A stretch of 64,000 nt of DNA from Paragordius varius (GCA_964247055.1 OZ176055.1:3720001-3784000); one strand, 5' to 3'; shown: positions 9,515 to 22,446, numbered from the stretch's first letter. Notes: generated by a model from the letters alone, not told the origin. Program-made: numbers and translations.

Positions 9515-12500
9515 ACGTAATCGATGCGTCCTATGAAGATATTCCCAGACTAATAATTGACAAGGAACACTTCCCCAGTTTACCATGCCACGCGTCAAGT
9601 TCAACTGCTGCCTCTAATTCATTTTCCATCCCACATGTTACCCATGTCATTCTACCGTCTCCCAGTCAGATTACATCGTCCTTATCATCCTATCTTTTAT
9701 CACTCAACATAACTTTAATACATTCTAGTCCAGTTATCAACACAATCGCTTCATCATCTCCAAGCTGTACCACTTCATCAACAATAAGTAGACCTGGTTT
9801 TGAAGCTGCTGCAGTCTTTGATAATCCACCCTGCCAAGACCTCACTAATGAGTGTTTGAATATACCAAGCAATATCAAGAAGTCCAATCCCGCTACACCA
9901 CTCGCACACTCGACAAAAAAAATACACCAAAACTGTGAACCCGGCATTTGGCAAACACCCTACTTTAGTAAATAATAATCTCACCTTTTTTTTCCAGTGG
10001 CAAACCATTTTGTTTGCCCTTACTATGACTGCTTGATGTCCAGCCGCTGCTCAATCTGGACATCACGGAAGTTGTCCCTGATCAGACACCTGAAGGAAAA
10101 GGACAATTGTACCCCAACAGTCACTCACAGATGCTATCCATGCAATGTGGATATTGGGCCAAGCCCTAGTTCACACCTGCCATCCTGCCCCCATTGGGAC
10201 AGCCCCATACCTTTAAAAAGTTTTTTCTACAAATGCTCTAAATGCTCCCTATCGTTCCAGAGGGCTTCAAGCCTACGTAAGCACGAAAGATCCCATGACC
10301 CGCCTCGTAATCCAATTACCAAAACTAAATCATTACTTGATCTGAAATTCCATTCCAATCTAACACACCGCAACACTAATAGCAATAATAATAACGAGGA
10401 CTCAGATGACCTTGTTCAGTCTGACTTCTATAATCCTTCCACACCTCACATTGATCTAAGTAATCGATTCAACATCCTGACCTCGATCGAGTCTGAGTCT
10501 CCCACTACCTCCTCAAACTGGAACATTGGAGATGATAATTCTGCTTCTACCTCCAAACCCTTGAGTAAGAGGAAAAAGGCTGTAAACCAATCCAACATCA
10601 ATCCAAACAAAAAGTCTAATTTTAACCCTATTGATATCACTATCTCATCACTAAATCCACCCTCAGCTGATCCAATTAGCTCCTCACCGAACCTCAAACT
10701 CTAAGCTCGCTCCTCCATAAGCTTACCTTATTTCATTTGGATAATTGGGAAGAAATTAATACATTCGTATCAGAATTAAATGACTTCTTGCATCCATGAC
10801 ACCCATTCAACCCAAGAACACAAACCAGTCCCAGCAAATTTTATTCCCCAAATACATCCAAAAAATATATCATTTCAACAGGAGAAGAGCCATCCGGCTA
10901 ATTACCCAAGGTCCACCAACCTACTGCACCGCCCCGATTGCCGAGATAGAACAACACTTCCAATGCCTATACAATAATACCCTTCCAGCACCATTCATTA
11001 ATAATGATTCTGATTCCCCTCCAATGATGCCGGATATCTCTTTTACTTGTACAGAGGTGTCCGATAAACTTGGGAAAATGGAAAACAGTTAACCAGGACC
11101 TGATGGTATAAGCTACAGGGACCTTAAAAATAAGGATCCTAAAGCTCTTATTCACTAGGCTATTTGATCTCTGTCTCCAACACAGGAAGATTCCCACTTG
11201 AACCACTCCACCACCATTTTAATCCATAAACATGGTGATAAAGCCAGTTTAAAAAATTGGCGACCTATCGCCCTCACCAGTTGCCTGTATCGGCAGTTTG
11301 CAGCCCTAGTCGCCAATAAAATAAGTCAGCATCTCATAAAAAACCAACTTCTAGATCCCCGTCAAAAGGGCTTCCTCCCCCATGACGGGTGCTTTGAGCT
11401 CAATTACATCATAAAACAAACTTGATCTCTTCAAAAAAAGAAAAAACAAGCTCATGTCACGTGCATTGACATTTCAAATGCGTTTGACAAAATCCCGCAC
11501 CCGATCATCCTAAACAACCTGAAAAGGGTAGGTGTATCGGATGGCATCATATCCCTCATTGCAAACTCTCTCTCACTGGTAAAAAACATCTATACGTGCC
11601 GGTAATGAGATCACTTCTCCGATAAACCTTAACAGGGGCATCAAACAAGGTTGCCCCCTCTCAGGGCTCCTGTTTATAATTGGTTTGAATGAGATCATGA
11701 AGCGGGCCTCCAATAATGGGATTGATTTTTATGCATATGCTGATGACATCATATGCAAATTGAACATCAAAGCAACATCAACTTTATTGTTAACGAACTG
11801 AATCTGATTCATCTTAATGTCAATCCTGAAAAATGCTCAAACATCAACGTCAACAGCGATTCCAGATTTTTGATAAATAATATAAGGATCCCCAATCGTG
11901 GGGTCCACCAAACGATAAAATACCTGGGAAACCCAATAGGGTTGTTCCCAACCATCCCACTACCTGATGTCGAATTAGCCGACAAAATTGCCAAATCAAA
12001 TCTCGCTCCTTGGCAAAAGTTGGATGCTATCAAAAGCTCCTACTACCCCACCTTAACATATTACCTCCGTTTAAATCAATTTAATTACGCTACAAGTGAC
12101 AAACTTGAAAGGCAGCTGTTAAGTATGTTACAATACTAGAGCTCCCAAAAGATGCTACTAACAATTGCATCTTTGCATCGAGGAGTAAGGGAGCCCTGGG
12201 CATCCAGCAGATAAAGTGTGATTTCAACATCTTTAAAATTTATGCTGCTTTTAAACTGCTTCATTCAAATGACCCAATGGTCAAAAAATATGCCCAGGAT
12301 GAACTCAATACTACAATAAAAAAAAGGTAGAGACTTACCACGTCTCCATCCCCTGCAATTATGCAATTATCTCTCCGGCAAGGAAGAGGATGCGAATGGC
12401 CATATCAATTACGCGAATGTATGGTCACTTGCTCGCAAGTCCTCAATCTCACTGGGTGGACCTGGGTCCCCCTAGGTGACTCTTCCTTCGCCATTCAGTT

Positions 12501-13630
12501 CCATCATTGATAGTCCCTGATCTAAAAAATTCTCTTGTCCACCTTCTCCGGAATGCAATAAGAGGTGAGAAGGACCGGAATTTCCAACACCTTGCAAACC
12601 AAGGAAGGTTTATGGAATGTGTCGCCTTGGATAAGTCTTCCCATTCCTTCTTATTCTCAGGCAAAAACCTGAGGTGGAGATTTATTTATAGGGCCAGACT
12701 CAAACTTCTCCCTCTTAACAGCAAACCGGGAAGGTTTGACGATACATCTTGCAGAAGGTGCAAGAACCGGATCGAATCTGAATCTCATGTAATAAATTAC
12801 TGCGTGTTAGACACAGGTATTGTCACCGAGCGCCACAACAAAGTGGTCGATTACATTAAATCTATATTACCCAAAAAATTCTCTATTATATCTGAAAATC
12901 TAAAGGTTGATGACTCAAACCTACGTCCCGACCTAGTGATAACTGATAATACAAATTGTTACATTATCGACCCCACAATCTTCTATGAGAACAGAGTTTT
13001 ATCTTTGGACGATGCATTTAACACAAAGCTCACAAAATACGATCATTTGATTTGCTCCTTCTCTGAAAAATACTCTAAAGTTGAGATTATCTCAGTGGTG
13101 ATAGGCGCTCTAGGCTCATGGTACCCCCGAAATGACAAACTTTTGAATGCACTTGGGATAAAAAACCCTAACCGTATCAAACAAGACCTCATTGCGGAAG
13201 TACTAAAATTTTCATGTGACATCTACCACCTTTTCATCAGTAGTCGGAACATCCAACCGCCAAGTGTGACTCCCATAGTCGACCCTTTCAACGAATAGCT
13301 TCCTTGCTCAAGTCAAATTAAATCTATCCATCGCATTTCATCCCCATTGTTACTCTTTATATTTTATTACATATAATTTATTAAAACATTCAGTTTTATA
13401 TTACAACAAAATATGTGATATGTTTTCTTTGCAATCTCCCATTCAAGCTTTGTCTTCTTTCCCCTATTATTATTATTTACATATATATCATTTTAAAATT
13501 CAAAATGAGTGTTAACTTTGCTACATATTATATATCCTATATGTATGATCCAGAAGTAATTCCTACCTTTGTCTTTCCTTTTACAGCAATGTATTTAAAA
13601 TATTTATATTATTTATTTAATAAATTGTAA
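9515..13630 (+). pseudogene. Near full-length, frameshifted RLE retrotransposon, diverged subfamily B, ending at a U1 3' part
   Basis: N-terminus LIIDKEHFPSLP is homologous to copy A. Zinc-finger ORF 9997-10704. RT fragments 10796-12139 (NWRPIAL, QKGF, GIKQGCPLSG, AYADD). CCHC+RLE ORF 12507-13298 (CRRCKNRIESESHVINYC, LRPDLVI, IIDPT). Its ~330-nt 3' UTR differs from that of A. Multiple stops and frameshifts. Confidence 0.92.
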
Positions 13631-13774
13631 CAATCGTGATCATGAAGGCGATTGCCCTAGTTTGAGACGTGTCCATTGCACCTCGGCCGCGTTGAAGACT
13701 ACGATTGCCCCAAATGGAAGCAAGCCGAGCGCATAATTTCTGGCTGCTGGGCTTTGCGTACGCGCAGAAGCCCT
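13631..13774 (+). ncRNA. RNU1: U1 snRNA 3' part (nt ~19 to end), copy 2
   Basis: Differs from 9244-9387 at only a few positions and starts at the same CAATCGTGATCATGAAGG. Confidence 0.95.
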
Positions 13775-13949
13775 TATATTTTCAATACAATTTATCAATT
13801 TCTCAAAAATAAAGGCGAATTGATATTAAAATTATATGTAATAGGTCATTGAAAATATAACCTCTCCATTCATTCCGTCCAAGATCTGGCGTTTAGTTCG
13901 GATAATTAACTTTAAAAAACAAAAGTAACACATATCAACCCGCAAACAA

Positions 13950-14905
13950 CCTTCATGATCACGATTTTTTATATTTATTTTGATAAAAATAAAAACATAA
14001 GGGTTACAAAACAATGCTAATAAGAAAATAAATAGGGGATCACATGGACATAATTTATATATTAATAAAAATTGAGCGTTATTGTGTTACGGATTCGCAG
14101 TAGGACCGTGGGATGAGGTTGGAGGTGGGTGTTTCCGGGAGGGAGGGGATATAGTTTCTACCACTGGTAAATTCAAAGAATCCAAGTGCGTACATGACGA
14201 TTATTGGCCGGAAGAAACTGTGAGGTGACGATTCTCTATTGTGTGCTTCGTCTAGGGCGTTGGGTCCGTTCTCGTAGCTGACAGTTAGATCGATGATAAT
14301 GCACTTATTGCCAACTGCACCACGAGATCGGGTGGAAGTCTTGACGAGTCCAGCGCTTGATTTTCGGATATTAGTCGTGCATTGGATGGGAGGTTTTGTT
14401 TGATGTGACGCACTATATTATCGTGTCATAAGTTAATTAATCGACTGCTGTTGGAGCAGAACCCAAGAATATGGCCTGTGGATTCGTTGGGCTCGTTGCA
14501 TCTCAGGCTGTTGCGATCATATAAATTGGCAAACCTTTAGCCTTTTGTGGGTAGGAGATAAGGCCTTGCTTTGTGTATGAACTCGGAAGTTGTATGGGAA
14601 GAAATGTGATGCTTTGTGTTGTGCGACACACTGCATTACCTTTCCTTGAAAGCCGGTGTGTTCGAGATCACCGTCGTTGTGATATCTTTTCCACTTTCGC
14701 AGGAGCGATACTGCATTTTATCGATTGTTTATATCGATTGTAATGTTGTTAAAAGCTATGGAAAGCGTTGGGTCGGGTGACCAACTGACCTTGAAGCTTT
14801 TGGAAGCCATTCGGGATTTGGTTCAAACGTTGTCAAACCCATTGTTTCTGTTGATGGAGTCGGGTGGGTTGTCCCCTGAATGATAGAAACGAAGCTAGCT
14901 CGCTA
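13950..14905 (-). mobile_element. Inverted 3' fragment of a subfamily-A-like element with U1 nt ~20-38 stub (13950-13966)
   Basis: Reverse complement matches ~8140-9120 of copy A with internal deletions, then a 3' UTR, then AATCGTGATCATGAAGG. Confidence 0.88.
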
Positions 14906-15955
14906 TCGTCGTGGGCGCACTTGGATCATGTCATTACAAAAACGAAAGATTATTGAAAACATTAATATGAAAAATAAGGCTGAGATGAGAACGGATATAG
15001 TCATCGACACCATTAAATTTTCGTCTGCTAGATTCTTTGAATTTACCAGTGGTAGAAAATATATCCCCTCTTTCCCGGAACCAGCGAAAATGGAAAAGAT
15101 ATCACAACGACGGGATCTCGAACACACCGCCTTTCAAGGAAAGGTAATGTAGTGTGTCGCACAACACAAAGCATCACATTTCTTCCCATACAACTTCCGA
15201 GTTCTTACACAAAGCAAGGCTTTATCTCCTACCCACAAAAAGCTAAAAGTTTGCCATTTATATGATCGCAACAGCTTGAGATGCAACGAGCCCAACGAAT
15301 CCACAGGCCATATTCTTGGGTTCTGCACCAACAGCAGTCGATTAATTAACTTATGACACGATAATATAGTGCGTCACATCAAACAAAACCTCCCGTCTAA
15401 TGCACGACTAATATCCGAAAATCAAGCGCTCTCGTCAAGATTTCGACCCGATCTCATAGGTGGCAGTTGCCAACAAGTGTATTATCATCGATCTAACTGT
15501 CACCTACGAGAACGGGGCCAACGCCCTAGACGAAGCACACAATATTAACAAGAAGTATCGTCACCTCACAGTCTCACTTTCTGGGCATTTGACGAGGGTT
15601 ACATCATCCAAATCGTCGTGGGCGAACTTGGATCATGGCACTACAAAAACGAAAGATTATTCGAAAACATTAATATGAAAAATAAGGCTGAGATGAGAAC
15701 GGATATAGTTATCGACACCATTAAATTTTCGTCTGATAGATTCTGTGAATTTACCAGTGATAAAAAATATATCCCCTCTTTCCCGGAAACACCCACCTCC
15801 AACCTCATCCCACGGTCCCACTGCGAATCCGTAACACAATAACGCTCAATTTTTATTAATATATCAATTCTGTTCATGTGATCCCTATTTATATTTTTAT
15901 TACCATTGTTTTTTTATAACCCTTATATTTTTATTTTTATCAAAATAAATACAAA
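14906..15955 (+). mobile_element. Rearranged 3' fragment of a subfamily-A-like element
   Basis: 14906-15075 matches ~8900-9075 of A. 15085-15840 matches ~8345-9125 (ORFs 15460-15678, 15618-15842). A 3' UTR follows, then U1. Confidence 0.88.
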
Positions 15956-16038
15956 AATCGTGATATGAAGGCGATTGCCCTAGTTTGAGAAGTGTCCATT
16001 GTTTCTGGTTGCTGGTCTCTGCGTACGCGCAGAGGCCC
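15956..16038 (+). pseudogene. RNU1: U1 snRNA 3' part with internal deletion, copy 3
   Basis: AATCGTGATATGAAGGCGATTGCCC..GTCCATTG is joined directly to TTTCTGGTTGC..GCGTACGCGCAGAGGCCC, so stems II/III are largely deleted. Confidence 0.85.
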
Positions 16039-16224
16039 TTATATTGTCAATACAATTTGTCAAAAATAAACGCCTTTAATTTATATAAAATTTAATCTAA
16101 TACATGTCATTGAAAATAACTTCTCCATTCATTCTGTCCAAGATCTGGCGTTTAGTTCGGATAATTAACTTTAAAAAAACAAAAGTAATACATAGCAACC
16201 CGCAAACAACCAACTCAATAATCC

Positions 16225-16700
16225 TCAGCGGAGAACAGATTAAAACCGTAAACATTTAACGTATTTAGGCAATATTATAAACAATGACAACAACTTAACT
16301 CCAGAAATAAAACGAAGAATTGCCATTGCAAAAGCAATTACATTCAAATACAACTAGATTTAGACATTACATGATATCAACCTAAAAAATCATGTTAATT
16401 AAGGCAACAATATTCCCCACATTACTATATGGGGGAAAGCTGGACGCTGAAAAAATATGACGAACGAATAATTTTCTTTCGAACTATAATGTTTGGAGGA
16501 AACTTCTCGAAACAAAATGGTCAGACAACTTTTCTAACTCAACCATTTTAAATAATATTAATCCTGAAATGTCACTGATGGGCAGCCTAATACACCAAAA
16601 ACTATCCTATTTTGGCCACATTATGAGATCTAAAAAATAAGTGGTCCTCGTAAATTATAAAGAAGAACTCGTTAGATGAATAACATCCTCAAAGAGACCA
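16225..16700 (+). mobile_element. RTE/BovB-like non-LTR retrotransposon 3' fragment
   Basis: Degraded peptides YLGNII..EIKRRIAIAK, IFPTLLYG.ESWTL and YFGHIMR are typical of the RTE-clade C-terminus. Confidence 0.7.
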
Positions 16701-16882
16701 ACCAAACATAAAATTTAATCCTTATTTAAGTCATTGTAAAATAAAATTTTAAATGTAAAATCAACTAAATTAATACAGATTCCTTCTAATCTATCCTTAG
16801 TATCAAACAATATATTTTATCATATCTTTTAAAACTTTTACCTATTACTCGCAAGACTAGCTACCAAACGTTGTTATATTTC

Positions 16883-16993
16883 CCTAACTCAGAGAAACCA
16901 AAAATTAGGCTTTGACCCCATTTAGGACAATCGCAGTCTCAAACGTGGCCGAGAGGACACGTGTCAAACCAGGTCGCCTTCATGATCATGATT
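16883..16993 (-). pseudogene. RNU1: Degenerate U1 3' part, copy 4
   Basis: Reverse complement AATCATGATCATGAAGGCGA..GGTTTGACACGTGTCC..CTCGGCCACGTT..GCGATTGTCCTAAATGGGG..TAATTTTTGG. Confidence 0.8.
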
Positions 16994-17940
16994 AAAAAAT
17001 TGAATATATGTTCATATGCCTATGTTGCTGTAAGAAAACCCAATAATAATTTAATTAATTATATCATATTCTAAATATTATGCATTAAAAACAATGCGAA
17101 TATACATGTGATTGTGTGATAGCACAATAATGTAAAAAAGAGGAAGGAAAACGGATAATTAAGAGTATAGGGTGGTTGTGAAATTACATTATACTCATAA
17201 GAAATATTTCTTCCACTAATAAACACGTACATATCACGCTTTGATAATGATAAGATATTATATAATTTTTGTCCGATTTTTTGTATCAAGCATATTTAAT
17301 ATTTTATACGAGCGGTATACCAGGATCCTAAAGCTTCTGTTTGTTATTTAACGTTTAACAAACGCTCAAAGTTTGCTATTTGCGTATACCTTATTATTTT
17401 GTTGTTAAAGGCATCTTCCTTAGATACTTATCCATCTTCATATGGTATGGTTGGATCTAATATAAAGCGGTTTTGGGTATCTGCTATAATTATAAGATCC
17501 GGTCTAAAGCTAGAAGCATTAACTGGTTGATTCTAAGAAATTATTTTAAATTTTGCGGGGACTATTGATATTTATTAACTACTATATTATGTTTCGTGAG
17601 AGGTTCGCTCGCATGGAAACAATAGTTGCTTGCATAAAAGCCGGTTTCATTCCTGTTGTTATTTAGTTTTTGGTTGCCTAAATGCCATTTAATGGTAGAA
17701 TATTTTTTGCTCGATAAATAAATCTCTAGTCATAAAATTTTAAATCTTGCTCATTAAATCGAAATTGATGGGATGTTATATCGAGGGCAACCTGTCGATT
17801 TGAGAGATGGTAAAATTATTTTTGTTTTCTTTTAACATAGCTCTTAGTTAGCTATATGCTTTAAATCAGCATTGGATAGAGAAGCATCTGTAAGATATCT
17901 TTAACAAGAAATAAATCGAGGGTTTTTTCCAAATTGAAAT
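16994..17940 (-). pseudogene. Degraded RLE element 3' end, subfamily C (B-like), abutting U1 copy 4
   Basis: Remnants RFIYRAK, FRPDLII, ILDPTIPYEDG, DAFNNK and ALGSWY. A further + strand piece of the same subfamily lies at ~17975-18165. Confidence 0.8.
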
Positions 17941-18576
17941 AATTCACTTTAATCATAGGGGCTTTGGGATCCTGGTAGACGCGCTCGGATAAAATTTTAG
18001 ACATATATGATACAGAAAATCGGACAAATTAAAGGGGATATCACCATTATTAAAGCGTGCTGTGATATATATCACAAATTTATTAGTGGACAAAGCATCC
18101 AATGATGACGGCATTATCAGAAATTATTCCACATACTCTTAATCTAGGCATTCCCCCCCCCCTTCTTTACATAATTTTGAGTAGCAAGGTATAAAGGGTA
18201 TATGAGATCCACGTCATTACTGCCCATTAAATACGTCTCTTGATGTACACCAGTGAATGGTTGTTCAGTAGCAGCCGCCTAGTTTCTCGGGGGTTGAGTT
18301 CACTTCGAGGGAAATAATGATATGATATACATATAAGATATGTAAAAATATTTGGTATAAACTAGTTTTTTCTCTACAGAAAAAATCAAATCTTACTATA
18401 TGCTATGTATTCATACAAATGGTTCATTTTTATAGTATGTAATAACATTTTTTTAAATAATTTATATATTGCAACCTAATTTATTATAAAGACTTTGTGA
18501 AATACAGATTATTTTTTATATTTTATTAACTTGATGACTAATAATTGAAACAAGTTTTACCTCGTGTTGGATATTG

Positions 18577-18700
18577 AGGGCTTCTGCGCGTCTAAGACTA
18601 GCAACCAAAAATTATGCGCTCAACGTACCCCGTATTTGAAATAATCGCAGCCAAGGTATAATGGACACGTCTCTAACTAGAACAATCGCTTTCATAATCC
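18577..18700 (-). pseudogene. RNU1: Degenerate U1 3' part, copy 5, preceded by a C-type 3' UTR (18701-18850)
   Basis: Reverse complement GATTATGAAAGCGATTGTTCTAGTTAGAGACGTGTCCATT..GAGCGCATAATTTTTGGTTGC..ACGCGCAGAAGCCCT. The upstream tail resembles 16995-17120. Confidence 0.8.
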
Positions 18701-19241
18701 AAAACTGCAAAAATATATTTATTAAAATATATTCATATGCTTATGTGATTGTAAAGAAAATAAATGAATAAATTTATTGTATCACATTCTAAATACGAGC
18801 AAATATGTATGTGATTGTGGGGACTCATTTTGTTTAATTTTAATTGAATATCCCTATCATGCATTTTTTATTGAAATTGTTTCAATTACTACACAAATTG
18901 TTTTTAGAGTTTAAAAAATTTAAAGGGGAATTCGGCATAAACTGAATAATAAATGTTTAGGGTTAGATTCAAGGTGTGAATGGATTTTACCTAAAAAGGT
19001 CCAATTTCATTATGCTAATTCATTTAATGATTCGGATTATCCTCTCAAAAAAATATTTGGAAATTGATTGACTGGGAAATGATATATTTTTAGTAACAAA
19101 CACCTTTATATTTTATCATATCTTTTAAACATACCCTTCTTTATTTACCCACTTAGTCGACTTATCAACTCAATGGTAGGTAATGCTAATAGCTCACAAG
19201 ACGCGCTACCAAAACTTGATATAAATTCCCCTAACTTACAT

Positions 19242-19332
19242 CAGCCAAAAATTATTCGCCGGCTTTCTCCCATTTGGGGCAATCGGACTCTTAAACGTGA
19301 CATCAAACTAGTGGAATCGCCTTATGCGATTT
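19242..19332 (-). pseudogene. RNU1: Degenerate U1 3' part, copy 6
   Basis: Reverse complement AATCGCATAAGGCGATTCCACTAGTTTGA..CGATTGCCCCAAATGGG..GCCGGCGAATAATTTTTGGCTG. Confidence 0.72.
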
Positions 19333-21040
19333 ATGTAGAAAATAAGTATAAGAAATATGCTAAAAATTAATCATATAGAGATATAGATATTAGATCATTA
19401 AAGAGTGAAAGTAAATGCTTTATGATGACATAGTGGGAATAGGCGTTGGGGTTGTTGGTGTGGGAGAGGAAGCTATTGATAAGGGTGAAATAGTTTTTAT
19501 CGCCGATGAATTTGGAAAATATAACATCGGATAATTTGATATCAATAATTATACCCTTTCTCAACTAGGCTATATTTTTCATTTTGAATAAGTCGAAAAA
19601 TCGCCCATTTTTAAATACCATGATCCAGGAAGGCCTACGACGATCGGGATGATGTGGACCTAATATCATTCGGAACGCTGCTATGAGTTGATTGTATTTT
19701 TGCAGCTTATTATTCTGTGACTTGTCTAGAGCCTAGGTCCGTTTTAATATGTGACTAATGGATCAATGATAAGGCACTGCCCGTACCCACCACGGGTGTA
19801 AGTCTAGAGTCCAGCACTTGGTTTTCAGATATTAACCGCTAGTTGGGTGTGAGGTTTTGTTTGATAGATCGCACGAAGTTGTCGTATCGCAGGTTGATCA
19901 GGCGACTGCTGTTGGTGCTGTACCTAAAAAGGTGGGGTGCGGATTTGTTTAGCTCGTTGCATCGCCGACAGCTGTTTTATTTTTAGCTATTTGTGAGTTA
20001 TAGAAATACGCGCCTTGTGTATCCCAGTCCCTTCAGGTTCCTGAAGACAGAATGAAATGAGAGGCAAGATATTAGCAAACACATTGCATTATTTTTTCCT
20101 GCTAAAAGGTCTCGAGATCGCTGTCAATTTGATATCGTTTACTATTTCGATTGTAATGTAAACGTGGGCGTTGGAACGAGCTACCAGCCGGCTTTTCGAA
20201 GCCCTTCGGGCTTTGCACACATTATAAATCCATTGGTTAAATTCGAGTTTGGGTGGGTTATACCTCGAGAGAAACGATGCTAGCTCATAAGGCGACAAGG
20301 AATTTAGTATGATGCGGTTTTACTCAGTTCAAAATCTCCGCTTCCTCGTTACTTAAACGCTGAATCTACCGGAATATGTTCATATTGTCTTTCGTCAAAG
20401 AAACTCCTAGTGTCTTTGCTACGTGAGCTAAAAAGTTCATGTCTTCCGCACTTTTTGGGACGACGAGAATTTTTTTTAACAGTTTTACATTAGTAGTGCT
20501 AAATGTAGTTAAGTTGGTTATAGCTAAGCATAAGGGTTAGGGTTGGATAGAAGAAATTTTTTATTGCATCGAGTTTTTGCGCGGGATTGAGATTGGATTG
20601 GATGATTTTGTCGTCGAGTTCATAGTTTAGAACTTGATTGAAGAAATGGAGGCCGATTGGATTGCCTAGGAAATTGCTTGTTTCTGTCATATTTATTATT
20701 TTTGGCGAATCAGCTATTGAAAATGGTATAGGATCGCTGCGATTGATTAATGCAACACTTTTTTGCAGATTCAGAAAAAGTTTAATTTTACTGGTGGACA
20801 CCTAGCTTATAGCGTCTTGATGTTTGTCATGATCTTGTGATAACACATAGATCGTCGGCGTATGCCAAAGCATATGCGCTGTATAACCTTGGGCACTTAA
20901 GCGTATTATTGAGAACGAGGTTGAAGATGATTCCAGATAGTGAGCAGCCTTGTTTAATCTCAGAAGAGAATCGTATTAGATTAATGAAACCATTTCTGTT
21001 CATATATGATAGAGTTTCGGTAAATATCGCCGAAGAGTAA
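19333..21040 (-). pseudogene. Degraded RLE element (RT to 3' end), subfamily D, abutting U1 copy 6
   Basis: IKQGCSLSG, AYADD (20827-21117), QKLDAIKNFFYPTL (20499-20801), VCKARRAS, RHDNFV, KGIIIDIKLSD. Confidence 0.85.
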
Positions 21041-21059
21041 AGTAAAATTAACGCTAAAG

Positions 21060-22190
21060 AAAAGCTTCCTATTTGTAACATGGCTGGACATTTCGGCCGC
21101 CTTTGACTCTGTTGCACACAGAAATATCTCCAATGTCTTCAGAAAATTGGCCTTGGTAGTATTTTTACCAACCTCATCAGCGATATCTACCAAAACGCTG
21201 CCATTTATGACCAGAAAAGGTCCCACAAAGTTAATACGGTTCAGTATGGCATTAAACAAGGGTGCCCACTGTCCGGCACTCTGTTCAACCTCGTCATCAA
21301 TGACACTCTGAAGCTTCTAAGATTAGACGGCCACGATGCGTTAGCATACGCTGAAGACATATGCCTGCTATCGATAGAACACCACAAACATCAAAGCGCC
21401 ATAAATTCAGTACAACAGTCACTGAGCAAGATCGGACTTCTTCTTAATCCACAAAAGTGTAATTTGCTTATCAGCCACAGCGATCAAACCCCATTCATTA
21501 TAGACAGCTTGCCAATCAACATAATCAACGAAGCAGACACAATCAATTTCCTAGGCAACCCAGTCGGCCTCCACTTTTACAAACAAATCCCTAACTGCGA
21601 ATTAGTCGATAAAATTCAACAATCCAGCCTGAATCCCGCTCAAGAACTTGACGCAATAAAAACCTTTATTTACCTTACCCTAACCCGCATGCTCAGGCAT
21701 AATCAACTTAATTATAATATTAGTAATACAATCGATTATAAAATATGTAAAGCAGTAACAAATCCTCGCAATCCTGAAAATTTGGTTCAGGTAGCAAAGG
21801 GGCATTAGGGCTTCATTTAACGAAGGATGATATGAACATATTCCGGATCGAATCGGCGTTTAAAAGTGAAGCCGCAGGTAAGAGAGTCAAACTCAATCCT
21901 CCGTCACCTAGCGAGCTAGCTTCGTACATCAGGGGACATCCCACTCGACTCTATTTAAGTATCAATTGGTTCTGTAACGTTTAGATCAAAGCCCGAATGG
22001 TCTCGAAAAGCTTCAGAGTCAGCTGATCACTCGACCCAAGGCCCTCAATGGCGTTTAATATTACAATCGACATAAACAACCGACACAGAGTAGTGTATCT
22101 CCAGCGCAAGTGGAAAAGAAATCACATCGATCGTGATCTTGAACGCACATCGCAAAGAAAAGTAATGCAATGTGTTGCACTACAAAATTC
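21060..22190 (+). pseudogene. Internal fragment of subfamily A (RT domains to thumb)
   Basis: High nucleotide similarity to ~7215-8450 with deletions. ORF 21464-21808 is nearly identical to the matching part of the A protein. Confidence 0.9.
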
Positions 22191-22446
22191 ATCCCACTTC
22201 TTTTGTTTAACCTCGTTATCAATAATATGCAAAAGCTTCTAAGGTTAAACGGCCATGATACTTTAGTTTTCGCTAAAGACATATAATTGCTATTGAAAAA
22301 CCACAACAAATACCATAAGGCTATAAACTTGGTCCACCAGTTTCTAAACAAAATTTAACTTAGTCTAAATTTGTAAAAATGTATTTCATTAATCAATCAC
22401 AGAGACCCTACACAATTTTCAATAGCTAACTTGCCAATCAAAATAA

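Noticed and set aside
5122-19332. Canonical Utopia (U2 target) or U1-headed SINE (SINEU-like) interpretation
   Set aside because: No U2 sequence was seen. The U1 pieces lack the 5' end and lie downstream of element tails, while the single 5' piece lies upstream of the full element. This fits an interrupted target rather than a SINE head.
9244-19332. Repeated U1-derived motif as a CRISPR-like repeat array
   Set aside because: Spacing is kilobases, the context is eukaryotic, and the repeats are explained by U1 fragments.
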